A DNA stretch of 64,000 nt from Paragordius varius (Eukaryota > Animalia > Nematomorpha). The position numbers were made by a program, and so were the translations under genes. This document shows, in pieces, positions 38,949 through 51,255 of this stretch. Where the stretch lies: assembly GCA_964247055.1 (NCBI GenBank), contig OZ176051.1, positions 3,410,001 through 3,474,000 of the forward strand, read 5' to 3'. The notes beneath the pieces are model-generated. The model did no database searches and was not told the origin of the DNA. It saw only the letters and a program-made list of their open reading frames with translations. Each line of letters opens with the position of its first letter. Position 1 is the first letter of the stretch.

Positions 38949-39318
38949 ACTAGTCTTTTTTTATTATTATAAATCTATTATAAAAATTATCTAAATTAAT
39001 ACCATTTTATGACGAAAATAATCCTCCAGCTGAACAAAAATATTAGGCATTTTATTTAATACCGTTTTTGAAAAAAGGTGCTTGTTTTGAAAATATGGAA
39101 AATGCATATTAAATTATTGTTACACAAATTTTAAATTTGCATCTTGATCATTGCGCTTTATTTGGTTACTAGTAAAATAGAATCGTATATGTGTAGATTA
39201 TCTTTGAAACTATATGGTTAATTAAATACTGTTTTTATGTAAATTGCCTTACAGCCTATCATCATATTAAATTTTCCTTTTCCACACTCAACAATGTTAA
39301 GTCATTCAAACGATAGAC

Positions 39319-41161
39319 CAGTGGTACTCACCAAAAAAATTTGACGGGCCAAATAAAATATATTATTTTTTCGAGGGCCATGAACCTTATAATGGCAAAT
39401 ATTCTATAGCTATTTGACACGTACATATTTATACTCTAAATCAGCACAATAATTTTTTTGCGGATCGCATGTAAATCCAGCTAAAAACTCGTTTTGCATC
39501 ATTTAAAAAATTAAAATATTTCGTTAACATTTATTTTGATATTAACCAATAATTTTTGACAAGTTTCGCCTCATGACAGGCCAATCTTAATACGTCGTCC
39601 ATATGATCATCGGTTAAGCGATTTCTATATGTATTCTTTACATACTTTATTTTTGAATATGCCGCCTCACACGTGTAAGTTGAAGGAAAAACAGTATTTG
39701 GCACATCTTGCCAAAACTCTACATATCTTTCTTCCCCACGATTCTCCTAATTAGCCTCCTGAAATCATTTTTAAGATCTACAAATTCTTCAATGATATGC
39801 GCCTGCCAAAACCGAAATGCTCAAGTTGCTTAATATTGGATATATCCATATGCCATGGGTTTTCAACGGGTTTTAAGCAATTTTTAATATTTCTTAATTC
39901 TGAATTTCATCTCATTAGATAAAAATGTTAAATGATAACCTCCACGGTAATGTCGCAAAGGTAGGCTAATAAAACCCACTGTTTGTCACTATTATTTTCC
40001 TCGTTAAACCTTCTGTTATGATTTATAAATAATAGAATTTTTTGCCTTAAAACAAAAAATCTATTTAATACTTTTAAGGCTAAGCCATCGATCGCACAGC
40101 GGTGTACAAATATGATCAGATTCACTGTGGATATCTTTCAGAATGTTTTTGAATTTACGGCCGATGATTTTTTTGCCACGGTTAACTATATCCACAAACG
40201 TTTTTATTACCGAATTGAGTGATTCATCTTTTATACGCGAAACCAAGTTGCTGCTGAAAGCAGTAAAAGGATAAAATATTTTGCAAATTATATTTGTTTT
40301 TCAAAAGGGAAATAAATCCTTTATTTATTCCAATGATAGAGGGACAGCCATCTGTGCACAAAACCAATTTTTTCATAGATATGCCATTATTATCGAAAAA
40401 AATGCTAATTATTTCTAGGAAATTACTTCTTTTCGTGGTATTATTCATTGGTAAAAATAAATACTTGTTGATTATGTTGTCGTTGCAAAATCTCATGTAG
40501 AGCGCACATTGAGATGTCTTTCCATATTGTATTTTTTATAATTATGTGGTCCTTACATATAAGGCGGAAAACAACATTTTTTTAAAAACGACAAAAAAAT
40601 TTTCTTCCTATTCTTTTTAAAGGAGCGATTTTCATCGGATAATTTACGTTTTTTAGCATTAGATATCATCCTTTTAATTTATGTTTAAATATTATGTAAA
40701 TTTTTCAAAAAAATAGGAATATAATTTGAATATGCTATAAAAAAACAGGACGAAATTTAATGATGTTGATTTGATAAATATTTTATGGAAATGAGTATCA
40801 GAAAATGATGTAAGATAGCAATGAAAAGAATATGCTGGGTGAAAGGCTTGCTTTACAAAAAAGGAATGCAATAAAAATTTTAAAATAGAAAATAAAATAA
40901 AATGCAGAAACAGAAACAACGTGTGCCAAAATTTTGAAATTAATGTAGGAAAATTTCTACTTTTCAAATTGGGTAAAAAATAAAAATTACCAAAATTAAT
41001 TTTAAAGAAAATAAATTAATATTAAAATACGCGAAAATTCGCTTATGTGTATTTTAAAAATTCATCAAAAAAATAATTTATGTATCAATTTGGTCATAGG
41101 GCAATTTTGAAGCACTCTTAGGGCCGCATGCGGCCCGCGGGCCGCGGTTTGAGTATCACTG
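39319..41161 (-). mobile_element. hAT Buster/Charlie-type transposon, copy 1, decayed transposase on minus strand
   Basis: TIRs CAGTGGTACTCA and TGAGTATCACTG with a perfect 8-bp TSD CGATAGAC (central TA, typical of Buster/Charlie). Fragmented transposase: LVLCTDGCPSIIG..GFISLLK, DRWLS, WVLLAYLCDIT. Confidence 0.92.
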
Positions 41162-41749
41162 CGATAGACCAATCGTCGATAGCATATAGGTTGAAATTAA
41201 TTTCAATTTGCTGAATTACCTTAAAAGTGTTTGAAGTGCAACAGTTAAATTGTAAAACACATCTTCGCCGTATGAAATTATTAAGATTACGAGTTCTAAC
41301 GGAGTTTTAGGTTCGACATCTTTTCGACTTAGGAGTAACATCCTACAATCACAAATTTCTATAAAAAATGTATGTATAGTAAAATTCGCCTAATTTACAA
41401 CTATTTTTTAAATCATTATTGTTATTACGTATCAATAAATTTTTGATATACAAAAATCCAAATTTAGAATTTAAATCTCTTAGCTAGATTTAAAGCGATC
41501 AAAAAGTAGGCAACAAAAACACTCTGTTCTTTGGTGTATATAAAAGCTAAGTCCTCTCAACTTTTCTTTCTTTTTTCCCGACAGGTCGAAAAAACCGATT
41601 GGGGCATTGAACGATGATTTTTTATTTCAAAAACATTGCAGTTATTTTGAAATCCTTGAGATCCACGAATAATCATTTGTGTGGGAAATCGATTAGATAT
41701 TACGGGAACATTAATATCATTAAATTTTAAAAAGGTGACATCATTAAAC

Positions 41750-42485
41750 TCTATAGGTAAAGCACTGGAATTCCTAATGGTATATTTGTAGTTCTCTCAT
41801 CTCTATCTATTGGATCATTAACTAAAATTTTAGGTGTATCTAAGTTATTATTATGAAGGGGTACCGTTATGCTTGTGTCGCATACACTTTTTTTCCATTG
41901 GTCAGATATTTTCGTTAAATTAGATTTCATCCTCATTCGCATTTTATTTGTTTTATTCTCTTTCTGGATTTTTCGTTTCTTATTTGTGTAACCGCTGAGT
42001 TTAGGCATTAGGCAAATGAAAGTAATTATAAAAAATACAAGGCTGTATAAATTATAAAAACCTACCTTGTTAGAGGATGGATTGATCTTGGGGATTTAAA
42101 TAAATAAATTGGGTTTTAAAATTAATGATTAAAATAAAAATGCAATCATAAATTATAAGATTATTTTGAACAGCGAGAAGTTAAAATAATTTAATTAAAG
42201 GCAATAGAAGAAATAACAATGTGTGCGAGATAAAGAAACGTTTTTTAAGCGAAGTTTGAATATTGTAAGGGAATACCTACATAAAAGTTGTTTTTTGCAT
42301 AATGTTTGGTCTTGATCTCATTTATAATTTTTATATAATTTTAGGTATTATTACGTAAATTGATGAAAAATATTACTTGAAAGTTGTTATTATTTTTGAA
42401 TAATTATAATTTAATTAAAAAAATCATTTAGGCGCCCCTAAATAACGGTGCACGGGGCATGATGCCCCCCCTCGGTACGCGTACG
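41750..42485 (-). mobile_element. 5' fragment of a hAT-Tip100/ZMYM-like transposon, copy A
   Basis: GC-rich terminus (GTACCGAGG...GCATCATGCCCC...TTAGGGGCGCC) and an ORF start MPKLSGYTNKKRK resembling the xSGAxKRK N-terminus of Tip100-type transposases. Colinear with copy B at 57876-60660. Confidence 0.6.
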
Positions 42486-44299
42486 GGTGTGATATGTAAA
42501 ATTTCCTATTAACTGAGTTATTTAGCACCTAAATTGTTTTTATGCTACATCTAAAATCATTCTAACTTATTCGTTTATTTCTAATAAACATTAATTATAT
42601 AAAATTTTGCTAAACATAACATTTTACCGCTGGTTTGAGTCAATTTAAGTATCATTTTTGAATTTATCAGTTGAGAATAAGGCTGGCTAATATAATATGA
42701 AACTTAAAAAAATTTTGTTTTGTTTTACTCAATACTTATCATGATAACTGAAAAAAATAACTGACTCGCTCAAGAAACACATTTAGCAATTATCTAATTT
42801 TTATTTTTTGTAGCACATGTAGAAATATGATAAATTATAGATTAATGATACTGATATATCAAATTCAAATAAATTTTTTTATGAACATGTGATAATCAAA
42901 AATCTCAATCGTAAATTCTTCAAAGCTAAAAAATCCAAGCTAATGCATTAATATTAAAATTAAATATTGCATTAAAACCTTTAAATAGCTATGGAGAATT
43001 AAAGTAAAATTAAGCATAATATTTTGGTATATAGGATAAGAGAATAGATATAAACCTAAATATTATTGGAGTTAACCTTCCCAAAATGTTTATTTCGTAA
43101 TTTTAAACAAAAAATTACTAATAGCTATGAAATGGAGAGTTTAAAAAACTTAAAAATATTCAACAAAATTTTAAAACCTAAATTAAGTATTCATTTTATA
43201 AAAAATATATTTAGTGGATATAAAATTTAGCATATATTTAAAATTATTGCACAATGTCGAAATTTTTACGTTTATTTTAAGAGAACGATCCATTTTTAAA
43301 AAGCCAAAAATATTGGGACTTTCAGCCCACATCTAAAATTTTAAATTTTCTAAAATATTGTTTTCCTTTTTATATGTAGTTTATGTTATATTTTAGTGAT
43401 ATCTTTTGAAATAAAGCATTTAGCTTTCACCAAAAAATATATTTAAAAAAATTGCGCACATTTTGCAATTTTATACGGACCACTTAGCACAAAAGTGTTA
43501 ATAACTTTCTTTAATAACTGGTAAAGGTTAAAACCAAAAGCACCATGATAATCCTGATATTTTCTTACATCAAGATTTAATAAAATTGTAAAAAATTGTT
43601 TTGGAGGTGATCATTCTAATTTTGTTAATATTATTTTGTAGAGAGCACCTGAAATTTTTAAATATAAAATCATATTATTGAATCTTTGATAATCTTATTG
43701 AAAGAAAAAATTATTATTATTAAGTAATAATATATATATATATATATATATATCATTTGCATTTCAAGAGCCTCCTTGAACATTTCCAGTTGATCTTTGA
43801 ACACTTTAAGTTGGTTCTTAAAATTTTTAAGTTTTAATTTAACCATAATTTTTGCATTTATTTTTTTATATTATTATTTTTTAATCCAATTTTCTTATTT
43901 AAAGGACCAACTTGAAGTATATATATATATATATATAAGGCTTTTATCATAATATAACATGATGATTTCATTATTTTTGAAAGTGTTTAATAATTTAATA
44001 AAAACTTTTTTATTTGTATTTTTAAATTTTTATGAGAAAACCCGAAAAATCTGTTTTTGGTCTTAAGACGTATTACAAATAATTTTTAAAGCGTATTAGA
44101 TATTTTTGCATATCTATTTTAGTTTTACCCATCATCTAAAACAGCTGACAAACCTACGTTTGTTTTACCCTAAAAATAATTAAACTTATGATTGTTCCAT
44201 GAAAATTGGTGGTTTAATGAATCTAAAAATACAATTGAACAAATTACAATTTGATCAACATTTTTTTGACATGTATGTTAGATATATAAACAACATAAA

Positions 44300-44660
44300 T
44301 TATAATATTTTATAAATATGAGTCAGATATTCTTGTTCGCTGAGTGTAGCTATCTTTTCTTCATTTATAGTTGTTGACATATAATAGTGTACAGTCAAAT
44401 AATAGTTTTGAAAATAAAATTTCATATATATAAGATTGGATGTGCATTTTCCATCTCCAAACCGAGCATACAAACTAAGCAATGTTAAATGATCCACAAT
44501 GTATATGGAGGAGTTAAAAAATCCTTCATTGTAATGTCGGTATAGATTTTTTAGCATTGGTTTTATCTTCGTACGTTTTGAGACAAGCCAGCAATATATG
44601 TCACCTTCAATACTGCTTAATGTGGCATTAAATTCATCATTTTGCATTAACTTTCCTAAT
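44300..44660 (-). CDS. Possible downstream exon of an unknown gene (perhaps the 48021 orphan)
   Basis: 115-codon open frame preceded in frame by the acceptor TTTTATAG|AAA. No recognisable domain. Confidence 0.3.
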
Positions 44661-45456
44661 TTCTATAAAACATAATATGGAATTGTACATTGAAATTACA
44701 CTTAAAAGGAGTTACATTTTGTTGCAAATATTTTTAAAAATTACTTTTACTTTTTACAGAGTGATATATATGGTTTTTAAGAAAATTTTATTTTTGTAAA
44801 ATACGATTAGAGTTGGCAAACGATTATCATTGATATAACCAGTAAAGTTTGGCAAATATAATGATACCTAATGGCATATAAAATTATTTGAACATAAATA
44901 TCAATAAAATTTGAGTATTCAATATGTATTTCCTATTTCCGATTGCCGTTAATTGGCTGGCAATGACTGCATTTAGCCTCAAGGTTATTATTTTTTGAGC
45001 GTTCAAAATCCCTACCCCAACAAACATTTGGAAACTTAAGACTTTTACGCTTTCTCAACTCATAATTAGGAAAGCTGTGGAATTTTTGCCATTGATGAGA
45101 TCATTCATAGAATGTGATTTTACCAGGGAATTTGCGTAATGGGGAGCGCTAATCCAGGAATCACTTCAAAAACATTGGTTGACTAGGATATACCGATTAA
45201 CATTAAAAATTATCGAGCACATAAGTGGATATCACCGGTTAAGAAATTGCTTTTGACACTATTTTGGAATCTTTCCTGTTTGGATGGACTCATCAAAGGA
45301 TAAGGATAGGTGAATGGTTAAATGCGTTTTTCGGACAAGATTCGAGTTTATAAAGATGTTTTTTAATTCTCGAAAAATTTAGACATTATTTTTTGCTGTA
45401 AAATTGATATTCAAAATTTCATTCAATCAATGTTATAAATCCTAATGTTTATATTA

Positions 45457-46579
45457 CACTGGACAACAAATTTTTCTGCCACTCGAGTTTTTTGAATTTT
45501 CTGATATTTAGTCTCATTTTAACAGTAAATCTGAAATAAAAATTATAATTCGTTGGAAGAATTTTGTATAATTTGATTTTTTTGTTATGCGCCCTCTTTA
45601 TCAAATTTTACTAAAAAATATTTTTCTTTGAAAAATACAGGTAATGCCCATTTGTAATATATCATTCGAAAGAGTAATAAAAACTCTTTAAAATGCATAC
45701 TAATATGTATTACATCGACAGTTAATATTGGACACAAAGAGCGACAAACGCGCGAAGCGAGAGCACTTTTTTTAATTATTATATTTTTAAAACTAATGGA
45801 TGAAAATAGCTCAAACTTTGTTTAGATGGTGATGAATGTCCAAAAAAGATAACAAAAGAAAGTTTTTTTGATTAAAACATTTTTTTATTGCTTTTATGTC
45901 ACTCAAAACAGCCATTTTTAGGTTTTTTGTTTTTTAAAAATTACCATCTCATCAATATTAATTTATTTTTTTTACAAGGCTGATAATTTCGAAATTTTAA
46001 AGATAAAAACAAAGTTTAAGGTATTTTTGATCTTTTATAGCCATTATGTAATAAATTTACAGTTATAACTATGTATTTTAGTTTCCACTAGGTAAAATAT
46101 TAATGATATTAATAATTTTTTTTAAAAAAGCAAACCAAAAGCTTTTCCAAACATTTTTTTTAAATTAAATTCTAATATAACCCTAATAATTATATTAAAA
46201 TAATTTAAATGATTTTCAAATTAGTTTGTCTGTGAAAATTATTGACTTATTTAAGGATTGAAAATTTCGACCATTTAAATCCAAATAACTTTTACATCCG
46301 ATTGATTTAAATGACTTACTACCATTTAAAAGATGCAGTTTTTTGCGCTCTTTCGAATGATATAAAATACATGGCTTCATATCTAAAACTTTTAATTTTC
46401 AAAATTTCGAGTTTAATGTTAAATCGGGGTCAAAAATTATCGATAAACTCTAATATAAAAAAAATTCTTCCATGCTAGACCAATTTTCTTTTCACATATA
46501 CTAATTATGTACTTTAATGAAATAAATTTTAATTTTACAAGAATGGCAGTTAAAAAAAGTTAAAATTTGTTGTCTAGTG
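45457..46579. mobile_element. CMC/Chapaev3-like non-autonomous element, copy 2 (inverted relative to 13541-14662)
   Basis: CACTGGACAACAAATTT...AATTTGTTGTCTAGTG flanked by TTA on both sides. High identity along the whole length to the reverse complement of copy 1. Confidence 0.8.
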
Positions 46580-47373
46580 TTATTTAAGCGAAATATTAGG
46601 AATTTAATATAAAATTAAGTTTAATGTTATCAAATATAGACGGGATTTTTAAAACAGATGCTAATTAAAAAATGTTTTTCTTAAAATTTAATTCAAGCCT
46701 TTAGGCTAATTTTAACTTTTTAACTAGAAAAGCATGAAAGCGCCTTTTCTAAAAGAGTTTAAAATTGTTTACTTAAATGAGATGGTTATATAGGCTGGCG
46801 TTCGGCCCGTAAATTATTTTTATAAATTTTAAATACCTATCATTTACTATTTGAGTCGAAAAACAAATTGTCACTTAATTACATATAACCAAAACTCTTT
46901 TTGTCAATTCTACGGTATTGTGTAAAATAATCAAAAAAAGCTTAATAATTTTAAATAGAGAAATATTAAAATCGATCTTTAGCCATCATAAAAAGCACAA
47001 TTTTGTGCGAAAAATGCAGAAAATTTATGAAATGGAATTTAAATTTAAAGCTATATCTATGGTGATATATGTAATAAAATGAAAACGCTCTGACCGAAAT
47101 ACAATAACGAGTGCTATTATTGGCATTTCGGTATTTAATTGGTTAAAAGGGGATTTTATATACATGTCTGTTGGCGTGTATAGTAATTTTTATTATCAGT
47201 TAAATATTTAATTGATTAATAAAAACGTAAAAACTCATTGGCATCAGGCTGGTAAAGTAAGTCTCCTTTTAACCAATAAAAAAAACCGAAATAGCAAATA
47301 ATAGTTCATGAATGTATAACTCAAAAAGTATTGAAGCAAACATTTATATTGTGGGAGAGTTATGAATACAATA

Positions 47374-48021
47374 TTAACGCAAATAAAATTTTGAGATTAT
47401 AAACAAAAAAACCTTTTGAATTGGTTTCCTTGGGATAAATATTTTATAACGATGCTGATAATTATAAATTCGAAATAACTTTGACACGTCATTGAATTTC
47501 TTGCCATTGAATGTTGCGTTAAACATTGCCGTCCAAATTTTATTTAAAAATCTTTGATGTTTTGTAAAAATTTGAGTATGTTTTAACATACGGAACATCT
47601 TTACCATATTTAAGGTTTTAGTTAGATTGTGTGGAATCAATGATTGATATTCTGTCCTGTTTTTCATCACTGATATCACATTAGTTAAATTATATTTTTT
47701 TCGAATTACGTAAGATTTGCACCCTTCTTGAAAAGCTAACGTTAGCAAACATATTTTTATGTTCATTGTTGGATATATTTTTGGACATGCAGCGTCTATC
47801 CTTAGTTTATATCCCAATCTCCAGGCATGTTTTATTTCTGTTTTTTTCACGTACTTAAACGGATTTTGTAGAAAACTTTTATAATATATTTTATCAATTT
47901 TCACGGGTAATAAGTCATGGATCTTTACCACATAAATAGAATTTTCAGATGAACAAATTTTTTCCACGTAAAATAGGATGAATAATGACAGTATTGATTG
48001 TAAATTGATAAGGAGGGCCAT
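47374..48021 (-). CDS. Orphan protein with N-terminal signal peptide (probably the first exon of a multi-exon gene)
   Basis: 215-codon ORF with a hydrophobic N-terminus MALLINLQSILSLFILFYVEKICSS, several N-X-S/T sequons, and a candidate phase-0 donor CAAAAG|GTTTTT near 47410. No family recognised. Confidence 0.55.
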   Translation of the reverse strand: MALLINLQSILSLFILFYVEKICSSENSIYVVKIHDLLPVKIDKIYYKSFLQNPFKYVKKTEIKHAWRLGYKLRIDAACPKIYPTMNIKICLLTLAFQEGCKSYVIRKKYNLTNVISVMKNRTEYQSLIPHNLTKTLNMVKMFRMLKHTQIFTKHQRFLNKIWTAMFNATFNGKKFNDVSKLFRIYNYQHRYKIFIPRKPIQKVFLFIISKFYLR

Positions 48022-49273
48022 TTTGATTAATATAATGCGTACGTGATTAAAAGTGTAAAAACTATAAATAGTTTCTAAATATTATTGAACGTTATACTTA
48101 AATGATTTTGCAAGTAGAGTAATTATGTTTTCATAAATTGGCTATCAATGAAGAATTATTATTTGGATTATATATTTTAAAATGGGCTCTCCTATTATTA
48201 GAAATACGAATAAGCCTTGTAATAATTTATCTTTGTTATTATTTATTTCCAAATATAGATAATTTTCATTATAATATTCAAAGTTTATATTCACTGATAT
48301 CCTTTCATTTTTATTTCATTCAAGTGTATATTACCAAACTGTTGTAGTTATTCAGGATTCACATTACCTTCCCGGTTAGATGATTGGTAAAAGAATAAGG
48401 GATGGCAAGCCACAGTTAAAATCGTGCAAAAACGGTTTTTTGTAAGTAAGCGGCTTGATTTTTTCGCTTTTGATGGTTTCAAGATTGATTATAAGAAATA
48501 TTTTATACTGGGTCGGTTTTTATTCGCTGTATAATGCGGTCCCAGAAACCTGCTCAAAAAAGACTTTGTTCTTATATCGACATATTTTTACAAAACCATG
48601 AGCCTATAAAAAATTGAATTCTTAGTTATATCTTTTTGAATCAAATAAGTAAATGTTAACACCTTGCAAATACCCAGAAATTCTCTCAAATTAATTGGAT
48701 GGTTGAATATTCTTAATTAAACATTAAAAAAAATTTGTTATATAAAGCAAATATTTTTTTATAAATTGTAGAGACGTATTCAATAAATAATTTTTGATTT
48801 ATGCATGAAGCTAAAAATATTATAGATTCATATTTAAACCTAGATTTTAAACCGGAACCGAACGGTTTATTAGATATCAGAAACCACCCGGGTGCCATTT
48901 CCAAATTCTTAGGGACTACCCCTGTTTAAATACCAATCGTCCAGGAACAACCCCGGTTGCGGTTGTACTGTTTTTAAACGGTTTTGAAGCCTTCATTTAA
49001 ATTTATATTAAAATAGTCCTGTTTTAAAAAAGTTAATGTTAGAGTTTAGATAAATATAGCTAACCCATTCTACAGTAAAATGGTTCCATAGTTTCGACAT
49101 CAATAATAGATTTCACTTATAAAAAATAGTCGTGTGCTGTTTGAATATTTGTATTATTATTGCAAAAACAAATCAAAGTTCTAATCAAAAACTAAATGTT
49201 GTGAAGTTCTAACTATTAACTAGATTTCGAGTCTTATTTTATTATAATAGTCAATTATTACTTTTTTGATGTC

Positions 49274-49653
49274 AAAAACGTTAATAAAGTAGGTTATGAT
49301 TATATTTCACACAAAACCCAAGCGATATATAATTTGGAGCGATGCGCAGATGGCGAATAAATAAATTAAGCTCACCAAAATTCTCCATGAAACCCAATAA
49401 CCCTTCGATAAAATAAATAATAAATCACTGGAAATAGATATATCAGTTCGAAATTATTAATTTATTGTCACTTAAAAAACGTTAATAAAGTAGGTTATGA
49501 TTATATTTCACAAAAAAATACTTTGGAGTGATGCGCAGATGGCGAATAAATAATTTAAGCTCACCAAAATACTTAATGAAACCCAATAACCTTTCGATAA
49601 AATAAATAATAAATGACTGGAAATAGATATATCATATTAATTTATTGTCACTT
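49274..49653. repeat. Tandem direct duplication (~200 + ~180 bp)
   Basis: Units 49274-49473 and 49474-49653 share AAAACGTTAATAAAGTAGGTTATGATTATATTTCAC...GATGCGCAGATGGCGAATAAATAA...TTTATTGTCACTT, with two small deletions in unit 2. Confidence 0.9.
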
Positions 49654-49926
49654 AATTCCTAACTTCAAATAACAAGCTGTACACATACTATATCATCATA
49701 AATATAATTTATACTAAGATTTTGTCCTTCAAATAAGTAATAATGACTCTTGATGTTAAATCACTGATGAAAATTCATGTTAGAATAAGACAATGAATTA
49801 AAAAGGGTTTCTTATAATAATAAAAAATGTATTATATAATATTTATTACATATCTACCATGATCTATATAAGACATAAATTAATCAGTATATTGCAAATC
49901 AAAACATTAATTTAAAATTGTCAATG

Positions 49927-51255
49927 TTAACGATCTCGTTGCCTCCTATTTTTGAACCAATTTGAAACTTGAGTTAAACTTAAGCCCGTTCTTTGAGAGA
50001 GTTTATTTTTTTCTTCACAGCTTGGATACTTGTTTCGTTCATAACTTGCTTTAAGAACTTTTCTTGACGTTTCTTTAAAGCAATATACGGTTTCTTCCCC
50101 GTCCCAAATGGTTTTTGGCAAAGGAAATTTTCTGCGGATCCTATATTTATCTACAGCACCTAGAGGTTTTAATTTGTGATTAGCTATGGATTTGAGGAAG
50201 GTGGCATTCAACATCAATGGTTGTTTAGGGTGAGATATAAATTTTTGTTCTCCTTCATTTGCATTTTCATATTTGGTATGATTTGGATTGTTTGCTCGTT
50301 TTAATCCGTAATTTTCCAGGAGGTTCAAGGATTTGCCCATGAATTTTGATGCCTGAACCTCAAAATAATGGCCTTTATACCAGAGCGCTTGTAGTTCTCC
50401 ATGGTGTTCTTTATCAAACGTTTTCGTTTTCAACAATTGGTAGAGGGCATTTAACTTGCGTTTATGGAACAACAAATGAGCAAATCCCTTTAATAAAACT
50501 TGATTTTGCCTAAAACTTATGACATTACTATTAGGTGCGTCATTTGTCTGGGAATTATTGACTTTGGTAGGCAAAACCTCTCTACATTTACCCTTTTCGT
50601 CCTCAAATAAATTTGTTAAGAACGGCTCCAGTTTATTGAATCGTTTGCGGGCTGTCATGACTTGGCTAATACATTCAAGCTGGGACACCGTGAAAATTTT
50701 ACCATACTTTTTTGAGGCAAGATCATCGGTTTCACACGATGGAGATAAATAATTTAAATTTTTATTTGAGTATGATAAATTTATTTTATTTGCGTTTGAT
50801 ATTGGAGCGTATGTAACATCAGGTATAATTGAATCATTGACAACATTTGATTCTGAAGGAGGTGTGTTCAAGTTGTGTGGCAAGATCCAATCTGTATTTT
50901 CATTATAACTTGTGTTATTATTCCATTGATGGTAATTAGGTGCTGGGGTTGAATTCATAAAGTATGATATGTTAGAAGGGGAGGAATTACTACTATCCCC
51001 CCAAGTTGAATTAGACTTCATATTTGACAATGATAGAAACGGATAGGTTTTGATAGAATTTTCATAAGAAACATCATTGTAGATAATATTTCTGTCAGTT
51101 TGTGAAATATAGTGATTATTTGGATAACTAACCGCTGGATTGTTTTCTTTTATACTTGCATAATGATTTAACATAGAATGACAGTTATTAAATTGTGTTC
51201 CGCTCTTCAATTCTGCCTCGTTCACTTCTTCGGGAAAAATGTTATATATTGTCAT
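49927..51255 (-). CDS. Six4/5: Six4/5 homeobox protein with a divergent, insertion-bearing SIX domain (442 aa; 3' end uncertain)
   Basis: [22 protein letters not shown] followed by ETVY (Six4/5 diagnostic), with the homeodomain ending [10 protein letters not shown]. The ORF stops immediately after RDR; a weak donor C|GTTAAC at 49931 could extend it. A minus-strand CAG|GTGAGA near 51650 suggests a 5' UTR exon. Confidence 0.92.
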   Translation of the reverse strand: MTIYNIFPEEVNEAELKSGTQFNNCHSMLNHYASIKENNPAVSYPNNHYISQTDRNIIYNDVSYENSIKTYPFLSLSNMKSNSTWGDSSNSSPSNISYFMNSTPAPNYHQWNNNTSYNENTDWILPHNLNTPPSESNVVNDSIIPDVTYAPISNANKINLSYSNKNLNYLSPSCETDDLASKKYGKIFTVSQLECISQVMTARKRFNKLEPFLTNLFEDEKGKCREVLPTKVNNSQTNDAPNSNVISFRQNQVLLKGFAHLLFHKRKLNALYQLLKTKTFDKEHHGELQALWYKGHYFEVQASKFMGKSLNLLENYGLKRANNPNHTKYENANEGEQKFISHPKQPLMLNATFLKSIANHKLKPLGAVDKYRIRRKFPLPKTIWDGEETVYCFKETSRKVLKASYERNKYPSCEEKNKLSQRTGLSLTQVSNWFKNRRQRDR

